This document shows, piece after piece, positions 1-8,944 of a DNA stretch of 31,895 bases. Source of the DNA: Trichormus sp. ATA11-4-KO1 (lineage in GTDB: Bacteria; Cyanobacteriota; Cyanobacteriia; Cyanobacteriales; Nostocaceae); assembly GCA_019358915.1 (NCBI GenBank), contig JAHHIM010000044.1, positions 1 through 31,895 on the forward strand, written 5' to 3'. How positions within the stretch are numbered: position 1 is the first letter of the stretch; every line of letters starts with the position of its first letter. Made by a program: the position numbers and the translations under genes. The notes beneath the pieces were generated by a model. The model made no database searches, had not been told where the DNA came from, and saw nothing but the letters and a program-made list of their open reading frames with translations.

Positions 1-125
1 TAATGTTCCAGATTGCATTGTGCTGTGGACGGTTTGCTGATTTTTCTGATTGTCCGATACCTATTCATTGGATGATACTTTTTATCAATCCACTCTTTTG
101 CCACTTTGTCAATGCGTAAGTCCTA
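1..125 (-). mobile_element. End of an IS701-family-like insertion sequence, running off the left edge
   Basis: Minus strand begins TAGGACTTACGCATTGACA (terminal repeat at 113-125). An ORF from ATG at 68 reads MNRYRTIRKISKPSTAQCNLEH, resembling the N-terminus of cyanobacterial IS701-type transposases. The same 13-bp repeat bounds the MITE at 15112-15205. Confidence 0.75.
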
Positions 126-1691
126 ATTGCTACTATTTATTAGTTGATAAACAGCTTGTTGATTTTTGCGGGACAACTGCTGTATTCCATTAATTGCTTC
201 TGTCAACCAACGGTCAAACTGATTGTTACCACGAATAAACCAATCACGCAGCCCTTCTGGTGTTCCTCCCTCTCCACCACACCATCTATCTGCCATAGTC
301 AGCAGCACATTAACAAGATATTCAGCAGCAAAGTAGTTTGCCTGATATTCAACCGTGAGAACACTAACAAAGGCATGGTGGATGGCATGGTAACACAGAT
401 TTTTCTGTGTCGAAGCAGAAAATTGGAGCTTAGTTAGCAAATCGGAATTGAGGTCAAAACAAACTCCCTCCGTCAATATCTGGTATCCTAAAGCACAGTT
501 ACTCAGGCTCTCCTCGTCTGCTGTAAAACCCAGGACTCCACGAATTTCTTCAGCTGGTGAATTGTGGAATTTAATTGTGTATTCACTTCCCAAAATAATT
601 CGCTGCACATCTAACAAATTAAGATTTGCAGTTTCGTCACTGTGAAAAACAACTCGTTGTATTAATTCTTGCCCTAATGGATCGCAAACAAGTGAAGGAT
701 GACCAGGCTTAAGGGTATATGCGGGCGTGGGAGTATCACCTCGGACAGGGCGAATTGCTACCGCACTGATAGCGTTAGCCGAACAGGAGTGGGCTAATGA
801 TTGTGTATCTTGGGCTGCATTTTCAGAGGTACGGCTTTCAGATAATTCTCCTGTTTCTGGGTTACACCACCAAAATGATGAGTTATAGTCTCGACTAAAC
901 TGCTTAGGCTTAATTGCAGTGGGACGATATAAATTCAAAAAGTTGGTACTTTTTTTACTAATGTCAACTTTCTTTAGCGCCCGTGTTGGCAAGTTAACTG
1001 TATTTGTTAAGCCTTCGTAGAAAATTTGGCACAAAAATCCTTCTGACTCATCGTCAAGTACCTGTTTTATGGCATCGTCTGGGATTGCAAAAGTTTGTTG
1101 GAGATAATCTTTAAATTCCAGTAACACTCCAAAATCGACACTTTGCTCCATTAAATACTCGTACCCCTGCCGAGATAAATTATCGAGTTCGAGGTCGATT
1201 CCCGCACAACTTGCCCGATAAACTAACCAGTCGAAGAAAGCATAAAATCCATGAATTCTTTGCAGGTATCGGTTTTGGGAATTGAGAGGAAGTTTTTGGA
1301 AAGTAGGGTCTGTAAGTATGTGTTCGTTACGAAACAAAAATAAGTCAGTAGATTTATAGGGGCTGAGTACTGTAACTACAATCGGTCGTGTGCCAACTTT
1401 CCGCCCTCCCCGACCTTTACGCTGTACAAAACTAGCGACATTTGCAGGTGCTGTGTATTGTAAAACACACATTAATGCTTCGTCGTCGTAACCGACTTCT
1501 AATGCTGTTGTTGTAATTATTAAATCATCATCAGGCTCGATAGTAATTGAGCGATCGCTCCCTGTTTTCCGTGTAATATTTAGAGATTCTTGACGTGCCT
1601 TATCTTTCTGGCTGAGTACCCACCAGCACTCTCCTGCTTGGAAATATGGACAATTTAAATCTGGAATTTTACTGTTATGGCAATTACAGTC
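123..1691 (-). pseudogene. C-terminal part of a DpdJ-paralogous SF2 helicase (HelicC domain), cut by the IS at 125
   Basis: The frame stays open upstream of the 1472 ATG: DCNCHNSKIPDLNCPYFQAGECWW...TTTALEVGYD (motif V), then ASFVQRKGRGGR (motif VI; DpdJ in this window has ASFLQRKGRAGR). The stop TAG is supplied by the IS terminal repeat. Confidence 0.8.
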
Positions 1692-2797
1692 CTGGCAAAC
1701 TGGATAAACGGATATTGCTTGTCACAGATAGGACAAATCAAGGTTTGTGGGTTTGTGGGACGCACAAGTAATCGTTGTTTATCTGTTTTGCAAGCTTTAC
1801 CATCTGTACCTACACAGTAAGCAAAAGGTGATAGATAACCTGCATATTCTTCGCTAAAAGTCCAGCCCCGTTGCTTAGAAAGTTTTTGTTGGCGATCCGC
1901 AGTGATATCTTGGAAGTCTCGGATTTGATAAACTGCTGCACCACTTTCTACCCCAATTGTCAGTTGTGGAAGATTGTACTTTGCTAGGACTTGGTTGAGA
2001 TAAAATAATACTTCAATAAAATCAGTCAGTTGATTTTCGGACAGTGCAACCCGTGGGTAAATGCAAATCGCTTTAACCCCTTCTCGCCCGCGCAAGCAAC
2101 GTTCTAGCACCATCTTGGCGAGTACGGGTAAAAAGAAAGCGTAGGTTTTACCCGCTCCTGTGCTAGCAGTAACTACAACGCCTTTTTCGATACCTTCTTG
2201 TGCTTTTAACTCGATTGCTTCGAGAATTCTTTCTAAAGTTCGTTTTTGGAAGCCACTCATCTGACGTAGCTTCGGGAGATAGGTGTCAATTACCTCTAAA
2301 ATTAGGTTTGCTGTTCGCTGTTGCTCTGTATCACCACTAAGTAAAGGTGTCATGCAGGTTTGTACTGCTATGTTCCTTCGAGGTACGCGACGAGAAGCGA
2401 CACTAAACTTAATATCTGCCACTAAACGCTTGCTATTGCTGATGCGGTGCGCTACTTTGAGGTTGTTTTCTCGAACAATTCTTTGACGGAGTTTTGATAG
2501 CAACCTGACAGTTTCTGCGATTCGACTGCGAAAAATCCAGTTATCAGGAGATTCTCCTTGGTTAAAGCGGATAATTTGCAAGTCCTGTGCAAGTTGCTCT
2601 AAAGCCTTTCTGAGAGCTTCTGGTTTTTCTTCAGGAGTTAATTTGATGTCTTCGGAGGGTTGAAAATTATCAATTACTTCAACCCCTGCCATTGTTACAT
2701 CATAAATGCCATAGGCAACCTGTTCTGCTTCGCGTTGTTCAATGAAGGTCAGAACTTCATCAGCCAGGCGTTTTATTGCGTCAGAGTCTAAGCTCAT
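1655..2797 (-). pseudogene. N-terminal part of the DpdJ-paralogous DEAD/DEAH helicase
   Basis: Q motif (SGFQ), Walker A ASTGAGKT, motif Ia IYPRVALSENQ and CxxC. The N-terminus aligns with DpdJ at 14375-14890 (FRSRIAETVRLLSKLRQ vs FRTRMAEAVRLFARLRQ). The frame breaks at about 1690 before any DExH motif. Confidence 0.8.
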
Positions 2798-2866
2798 GGT
2801 TGTTGAACTTTAAGGTAGATGAACTCGAAAAATTAGGGTTGGCTAATGCCATCTAGTTACAACGCT

Positions 2867-3172
2867 TTAGCTGCCATCAACTGTTCTCTTACCCATGTTT
2901 GAACGGGCTATTTTACGGTGTTCCAATAACTCATCGAGTAACTGATTTTGTTCATCTGGGTTTTCCCAATCTTTGATGAATCTCCTTAAAGCAACGCTGA
3001 CCATATCCTGCACAGTAGGTGCAGCACTTTGATATTGGCTCTCAAGCGAGAGCCTAATTTCACGCAATGTTTCGTAGAGGTTTGCCGGTACGCGGACTGT
3101 TGAAGACAAGGTTTGATCACTTGATGGGTAACTTTCGCATTCTATTAATCTTGGAGGTACATTTGCCACCAT
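2867..3172 (-). CDS. Small putative ribbon-helix-helix DNA-binding protein
   Basis: 101 aa; SSTVRVPANLYETLREI...TVQDMVSVALRRF fits the strand-helix-helix RHH pattern. It lies upstream of and co-oriented with the helicase paralog. Confidence 0.6.
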   Translation of the reverse strand: MVANVPPRLIECESYPSSDQTLSSTVRVPANLYETLREIRLSLESQYQSAAPTVQDMVSVALRRFIKDWENPDEQNQLLDELLEHRKIARSNMGKRTVDGS

Positions 3173-3181
3173 GTATACATG
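3170..3181. promoter_or_regulatory. Perfect 12-bp palindrome CATGTATACATG in the divergent promoter, a candidate operator
   Basis: Overlaps the RHH-gene start codon and enters the 55-bp gap before the DGQHR gene; nearby GTACA motifs on both sides. Confidence 0.4.
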
Positions 3182-3227
3182 AGTACAAGATTGGTTAGCA
3201 TTAAGCTTTACATTGGAGAAATAAACT

Positions 3228-4322
3228 ATGGAACTTGTACTTCGGGCTGTACCTGTGCGTCGGGGTGTGCAAGAAATACATCAAAGTTATGTTGGCAGTC
3301 TGTATTTTGGCGATGTAGTTCGACTTCTAGACGATGAACGCTTATATATTCCTAACAGTCCAGACTTGCCAGACTTGGCCCAACGTAAACTCAATCCGAC
3401 ACGAGTCAAGGCGATCGCTCGGTATATTCTGGAGACTTATGAAGATGGGACTACGTTTTTCCCACCGATTTGCGTTAACGTTCAGCCACGCCCAACCTAC
3501 AGGGATGGCAGTCTTTACCTGCCTTATCACTCTGTTGCTTTACGCTTAACTGATGGTCAGCATAGATGCTATGGCATTCGTCAATCGCTCTTAGATATTC
3601 AGGCGCAACAGTCAGAGTATGCCATCATCCTTTCACAGTTAGAAATTGGTGTATTGATATATGCGGGATTGCCACTAGAGGAGGAGCGTCAAGCCTTCCG
3701 TGACCAAAACCTTTTAGTGCAAAGACCAAGTGTATCGCTTTCGCATATGTTTGATAAGCGATCGCCTACAGTTTTAATTGCCAAAGATTTGCTCCAGCGA
3801 GTTCCTCAGTTCCGTAATAATGTAGAAATGGTGGAGAACGGCTTGGGTAAGCATAATCCCAAGTTGTTGACACTTTCTACCCTGGTGACAGCCACGAAAT
3901 ATATGTTTCCCAATCTCAACTCTAAAAAAGATTTGGAATTGCGAATTGATTGGGCAGCAACGTTTTGGGCTGCTGTAGCCAGCATTTTACCTGATGACCC
4001 TTGGAAAATTAAAAGCAAGGAGGAGCGCACAGATCAAAGACAGGAGTCCCTGACGGTTAACGCAGTTGTATTCCAGGCTTTGGGAATGTTGGCTCGCGAT
4101 TTGTTATTAGAAAATGTTCCTGAACAGGAACTGGTCAAGTGGTTGAATAGACTGCGGGAGATAGATTGGCGTAAACGCAATGAATTTTGGTTGGAGCGAG
4201 GAGTCACGCAAGTTGGGGCAGCAGGAGACCCAATTATTCAAAATACACGGACTACTGTGGATGCCTGCCATAGAGTTTTGCGTGAGTTTGTTGGTATACT
4301 CCCTGTAAGTAATGTTGTTTAA
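3228..4322 (+). CDS. DGQHR-domain (ParB/Srx fold) protein, DndB/DpdB-like
   Basis: AQRKLNPTRVKAIARYI, FFPPICVN, LTDGQHR and FRDQN...RPSVSLSHMFDKR are DndB-family-like. RBS GGAG precedes ATG 3228. Confidence 0.85.
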   Translation: MELVLRAVPVRRGVQEIHQSYVGSLYFGDVVRLLDDERLYIPNSPDLPDLAQRKLNPTRVKAIARYILETYEDGTTFFPPICVNVQPRPTYRDGSLYLPYHSVALRLTDGQHRCYGIRQSLLDIQAQQSEYAIILSQLEIGVLIYAGLPLEEERQAFRDQNLLVQRPSVSLSHMFDKRSPTVLIAKDLLQRVPQFRNNVEMVENGLGKHNPKLLTLSTLVTATKYMFPNLNSKKDLELRIDWAATFWAAVASILPDDPWKIKSKEERTDQRQESLTVNAVVFQALGMLARDLLLENVPEQELVKWLNRLREIDWRKRNEFWLERGVTQVGAAGDPIIQNTRTTVDACHRVLREFVGILPVSNVV

Positions 4323-4475
4323 TTTACATATTTATTGACAGTAAGATATCACAAGATACCCACCTCATGCTGAGAGTGCGATGGACTATACCCCCACCTT
4401 TCCTGGGGATTGCGTTGAGCGCAGTGCTGTAGGCAATCACTGATCAAAGACAACCTATTGTTATGTATCAAATCC

Positions 4476-6764
4476 TCAGACGGCTAAATAATCCCGTATT
4501 ACCCGCAGCATACTTGCACTACCTTTACTATTAACCAAAAGAATTGGTGCAAGATTTGATGGGCGATGCGTTTCAATAAAACCTGTGGCTGCGTGTTTGG
4601 CACTAGCTGTTACCATGACAACAATATCAGAATTTCTCACCCACTGACGCAGCCTATCATTACCCCCTTTATCATGGCTGAGGTAAACTGTAACCTCTTG
4701 GCAAGCAGTTTCCAAAATGCTTTTCACCCTTAAGGCTGCTGATTCTGTCAAAGTGTAAATAAGAATAGATTTCCCCTTCAGTTTTTGGAAGATATTCGCT
4801 TCAACCTCAATACTTGGTTCTACCAAACTTGCTTGTTCGCCGAGTAAATTTGGCAGTGATTCTTGTAAGTTAAGGTCTTTCACCAGAGAACGAAAAATCC
4901 CCCATTGAGTCTCGTCAATACGTCCGGCAAAGCGACGCAGACTTTCAGCAACCGTAAATAATAACTGTTCGCGCCTCTGGGGAACTGCACAGGGGTACAA
5001 TACCAGTAGGTCAAGTAGGTCAAGCATCCAATCAACCTTTTTAGGAGCGTTAAAGCGATTCCAGAGTTCCAAAGCATGGTCTAGAATTTCGCTATATATT
5101 GCAGCGTCAATTCCCAAAGTTAAAAGTGCGATCGCTAAATCATTAAACAAAATCAAATCAGCATCTCCACCCAGGGTGCTGAGAACTAGCAGTTCTAGCA
5201 GCGAATGATAAAGAATCAAAAACTCGCCACGGGGAAATTGTTCATCTTTTTGAAAAAAGGCTAACAAGTGGGGAAGGGCATTGTGCAGCACAGACTCAGC
5301 TTTTGAGCCGACTTTATCTAACAATTCGTCAAAATCTGCCACTGCTTGCGGCTGCATCAGCAAACTGGTGACATCCCACTCAGCAGAACCTTGGTATGCA
5401 GTATATAAAGCTCGCTCCCAATTTGGATCTTTGTCCAACTGCAACAGCCACTCAAGCCAATTGATCGGCACAGTTTCGGCTGTTGGGGTGTTTTGTGTTG
5501 CATCTTCTTGCCTTCCGGACAGTTGGTTAAGAAAATCTCGGTTCCAACGTACCTTGAGCAAAGCTGTTTGCTCATCAGCAGTCAGCGCATCAAAGGCTTG
5601 CAATGCAGCTTTTTCTACTGCCAAGGTTCCCAATTCATAGGCACACTGCAAGAGTAAGCGAACTTTGTCCTTCGATGAGGGAGCATCACAGAGCAATGAA
5701 AAGGCTTGGTCAAAGTCGCCATCCTTGCATAGCTGTTCAGCTCGTTGCAATTCCCCAGCATCCCACTCTATTGGCTTTTCCAAGTGAGGAGGGGCAATAT
5801 CGGGTAGGAGTGCAGCTAACCTTTGTAGATAGTGGCGATCGCTCTCCTCAACTCCTGGAATTGCCAGCAGTTCGTCACGGAGGGCAGGTTGTGGCGGTTC
5901 TCCACCGACAGCCAGGAGCATGAATAATTTCAACACTTCTGGGAGCTTACTACCAGCACGCACCGCAAAAAGACTTCTGTAACGGGGGAAAATGACTTCT
6001 CGGAAATAGGCTATAGCACTCGTAAGGGCGTTATTTTCCTCAAAATGTTGCAGATGGGTGCGGTACACTGCCTGAAGTAAAGCTTGGGTAACAGCAAAGG
6101 GTCGGCGAACCTGTAAGAGATTAGTCGATTCTAGAAGGTTAAGTAACTCGTTCCATTGCTGTAATTCTGCTAAGAGTTGTACCCGCAAAAATAGGAGATT
6201 GAGGGCATCCAGGCGATGCTGGTCTAGGAGGTATTGCAGGGAGTTTTCCGCAGAAACGCGATCGCCTGCTTGCAGTGCCATGTAAAAGTCGCGCAGTACC
6301 CGACCCGTGGGCAGAGGAATTTCTACTACTCGCTTGACTCGGCGATCGCTCACCCGGCGCATCCGTTCTAAAGCTTCCCAAACAGTTGTCGCCTGTCCAC
6401 TCAATTTGACTACTGCACCGCCAGTAAATTTGTAAACTGCTAATTCTACAGGATCTTGCAAGTTTAGCTGGGCCCGTTGTCCTCGGAATGTAGAGTAGGT
6501 GGGGCCAACGAATGCCATCAATTCTTCACTCAAGGTGCGTAATTGGCGTTGGCTTTGGGCTATGCCATACCAATCTACCCCACCTTCACGCCAACGGGGG
6601 AGAACCGTTGGTTGAGGTTCAGTTTGGGTCAATCGTTCCACCCAAGGACGAATTTTGGCATGGTTGCCTTCACCACGTTCGATTTTTCCCAGGTCTAATT
6701 GATTACCTGCGCCAAAGAACTGCTCTAGGAAACGGCGGACATCGGTATTGCTAGAATTACTCAT
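4476..6764 (-). CDS. dpdD: DpdD-like protein
   Basis: About 762 aa; C-terminal ILIYTLTESAALRVK...SAKHAATGFI...KGSASML is DpdD-like. ATG 6764 overlaps the dpdK stop (ATGA). Confidence 0.8.
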   Translation of the reverse strand: MSNSSNTDVRRFLEQFFGAGNQLDLGKIERGEGNHAKIRPWVERLTQTEPQPTVLPRWREGGVDWYGIAQSQRQLRTLSEELMAFVGPTYSTFRGQRAQLNLQDPVELAVYKFTGGAVVKLSGQATTVWEALERMRRVSDRRVKRVVEIPLPTGRVLRDFYMALQAGDRVSAENSLQYLLDQHRLDALNLLFLRVQLLAELQQWNELLNLLESTNLLQVRRPFAVTQALLQAVYRTHLQHFEENNALTSAIAYFREVIFPRYRSLFAVRAGSKLPEVLKLFMLLAVGGEPPQPALRDELLAIPGVEESDRHYLQRLAALLPDIAPPHLEKPIEWDAGELQRAEQLCKDGDFDQAFSLLCDAPSSKDKVRLLLQCAYELGTLAVEKAALQAFDALTADEQTALLKVRWNRDFLNQLSGRQEDATQNTPTAETVPINWLEWLLQLDKDPNWERALYTAYQGSAEWDVTSLLMQPQAVADFDELLDKVGSKAESVLHNALPHLLAFFQKDEQFPRGEFLILYHSLLELLVLSTLGGDADLILFNDLAIALLTLGIDAAIYSEILDHALELWNRFNAPKKVDWMLDLLDLLVLYPCAVPQRREQLLFTVAESLRRFAGRIDETQWGIFRSLVKDLNLQESLPNLLGEQASLVEPSIEVEANIFQKLKGKSILIYTLTESAALRVKSILETACQEVTVYLSHDKGGNDRLRQWVRNSDIVVMVTASAKHAATGFIETHRPSNLAPILLVNSKGSASMLRVIRDYLAV

Positions 6765-7276
6765 GGCTCTACTCCTCCCCAACGGTTAGCAAAAATTACC
6801 TGTTGTTCAGCGATAATTTCTGGGGATGTCTCATAAATTACTGCTTCCTCATTGACTGTAATACCGTTGTAAGTAAAATTCATCGAACCTGCAAGATAAT
6901 ACCCGTCTCCCAGGATACCTTTGGCGTGTAATTCTTCAGTAATGTGGATGTGGCAGTTTGTGCCGTCATTTCTAACTTTGAGTGCTGACAAAAAACTATG
7001 GTTGTGGGAGTCGGGACGGGTGGCGATGTGTATGGTGGTTCCCTGTGCTGCTAGGGTAGCGAGGATTTGGGAAAGGCGAATGCGGGAGCGACTCCAAGCT
7101 GGTTCTAGGCACAGGAAGATGTTGGCAGTGTTATCGATAACAGGTATGTCAGATAGCCAGGGGGAAACAAGCCAGATACACTGACTGGGATTAATGAGTT
7201 CGGCGACGAAAATAGTTTGGAGTAAGTCAGGGATTTGGCGGGAACTTAGCCGCGAGTGGATATAGCGGGAGGGCAT
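6761..7276 (-). CDS. dpdK: Phospholipase D-like nuclease DpdK
   Basis: WLVSPWLSD, single HKD-type motif LHAKGILGD and GSMNFT; directly upstream of dpdD. Confidence 0.88.
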   Translation of the reverse strand: MPSRYIHSRLSSRQIPDLLQTIFVAELINPSQCIWLVSPWLSDIPVIDNTANIFLCLEPAWSRSRIRLSQILATLAAQGTTIHIATRPDSHNHSFLSALKVRNDGTNCHIHITEELHAKGILGDGYYLAGSMNFTYNGITVNEEAVIYETSPEIIAEQQVIFANRWGGVEP

Positions 7277-7309
7277 TTAATGTTATTCAATTTGAGCAGA
7301 TTCTTGTTG

Positions 7310-7717
7310 TCAATTTTGGCACAAGCGCAAATATTCTAGAATCAGCAAGCGTAAGTAATCTAGCATTCTAATATAAACTTTTATTTGCTTGTAGTCTCCA
7401 TCGGTGACAAAGTAAAATTGAGCAATAGCAGGAACATCAAAGACTTGCATAGGTTGCAATCGCTCAATTGCCTGCTGTTCATTCTCAATCCTACCCCGTG
7501 CCTGAATTTGACTGGCATAGCCTCGGATATCCACTGTTAACAATTCGATTTCCTCTAAAACAGTAAATTCTTCATTAGAAGCGAGTGATAGAGAAGCTAA
7601 TTTTTTTCGTTCTTCTTTGGTGTTTTTATAATCTTCAGTTAACTGCTGTAATAGATGAGTGATGTAGTTTTTAGTGATTTCAGGGTTTTGAGAATTGAAC
7701 GTTGCTTTAGTCATCAT
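7310..7717 (-). CDS. Hypothetical helical protein (135 aa)
   Basis: Clean ORF co-oriented with and 33 bp upstream of dpdK; no motif recognised. Confidence 0.6.
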   Translation of the reverse strand: MMTKATFNSQNPEITKNYITHLLQQLTEDYKNTKEERKKLASLSLASNEEFTVLEEIELLTVDIRGYASQIQARGRIENEQQAIERLQPMQVFDVPAIAQFYFVTDGDYKQIKVYIRMLDYLRLLILEYLRLCQN

Positions 7718-7828
7718 TTACAAACTAAGTGACTACTTATTGTGATAATCAAATTGTCAGGTGCTTTGAGATCCACTGCAAGTTCCAACGATATCGCGTA
7801 TATCAGCTAACAAAAGGAGTAAAGATAA

Positions 7829-8944
7829 ATGGATATTGAAGTACAAGATAGTGATGTAATTGAAAAAGATGAAGATACTGCTGAAGAAGATAGAAGTGAT
7901 AATGGGGGGTTGTATCCTTATGACCCAACTACAGCAGATATTGACATTAGAGAAGATCCTCAAACAGTTTTCGAGTTGATGAGAAAATATGATAATAAAA
8001 AACTGATCATTGATCCTGATTTTCAACGTAATTTAGTTTGGACACCAGAAAAGAAAAGTAAATTTATCGAATCAGTAATCCTTAACTTTCCATTACCTCC
8101 TTTGTATGTTAATCAAACTGTAGAAGGTAAGTATATTATTGTAGACGGGTTACAAAGGACATCCACATTACACCAATTTGTGAATGATGAGTTTAACTTA
8201 ACAGCCTTAGAAGCTTTAACAGATTTAAATGGATATAATTTTTCAGAACTTAAAGAGTTGCCAGGTGACTATCAAACAAGAATAGAAGATAAAAAACTTT
8301 ATATATACATTATTAGACCTTCTGTGCCAGCCAAAGTTGTTTACGATATTTTTAATAGAATTAATACGGGTGGAACAAATCTTGAGCGTCAAGAAGTACG
8401 AAATTGTATTTTTTCGGGAAAATCTACTAGACTCCTCAAAGAGTTATCAGAAAAAGACTATTTTAAAAGAGCTATTGATGATGGAATATCCCCTAGAAGA
8501 ATGAAAGATAGGGAGGTTATATTACGCTACTTAGCATTTAAAATATTTGATTATGAAACAGAATATCAGGGTGAATTGAGTGATTTTGTGGAAAATGCAA
8601 TGAAAAAAATTAATTTGATGTCAGATGAAAAAATAGATTTATTAAAAAATGATTTTAAGAGAGTTATGAATTTAAGCCTAGATTTTTTCGGCAAAAGAAA
8701 CTTCCGTTTACCTGCACTAGAAAGGAGAGGAAGAATAAATATTGCTATTTTTGAATCTGTTTCTTATTTTTTATCAATTAATAGTGATGTTTTTTTACAA
8801 GAAAATAAAAAAACTATTCAAGATAACTTTGATAAGTTACTACAAAATCCAGAATATATTGATGCTATAAGATATGCTACAAGTAGTAAAGCTAAGGTAA
8901 TTACTAGATTTAACCTTGCACAAAAAGTTTTAGGAAGTATTTAA
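7829..8944 (+). CDS. DUF262 (ParB/Srx-like) protein, Menshen NsnA-like
   Basis: PDFQRNLVW, IVDGLQR and FNRINTGG are DUF262 motifs; RBS AAGGAG at about 7814; TAATG overlap with the next gene. Confidence 0.88.
   Translation: MDIEVQDSDVIEKDEDTAEEDRSDNGGLYPYDPTTADIDIREDPQTVFELMRKYDNKKLIIDPDFQRNLVWTPEKKSKFIESVILNFPLPPLYVNQTVEGKYIIVDGLQRTSTLHQFVNDEFNLTALEALTDLNGYNFSELKELPGDYQTRIEDKKLYIYIIRPSVPAKVVYDIFNRINTGGTNLERQEVRNCIFSGKSTRLLKELSEKDYFKRAIDDGISPRRMKDREVILRYLAFKIFDYETEYQGELSDFVENAMKKINLMSDEKIDLLKNDFKRVMNLSLDFFGKRNFRLPALERRGRINIAIFESVSYFLSINSDVFLQENKKTIQDNFDKLLQNPEYIDAIRYATSSKAKVITRFNLAQKVLGSI

Noticed and set aside
3228..4322. Phosphorothioate (dnd) cluster
   Set aside because: No dndA/C/D/E or ssp genes in the window.
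4323..4475. ncRNA or terminator between the convergent DGQHR gene and dpdD
   Set aside because: No convincing stem-loop with a U-tract and no recognisable RNA family.
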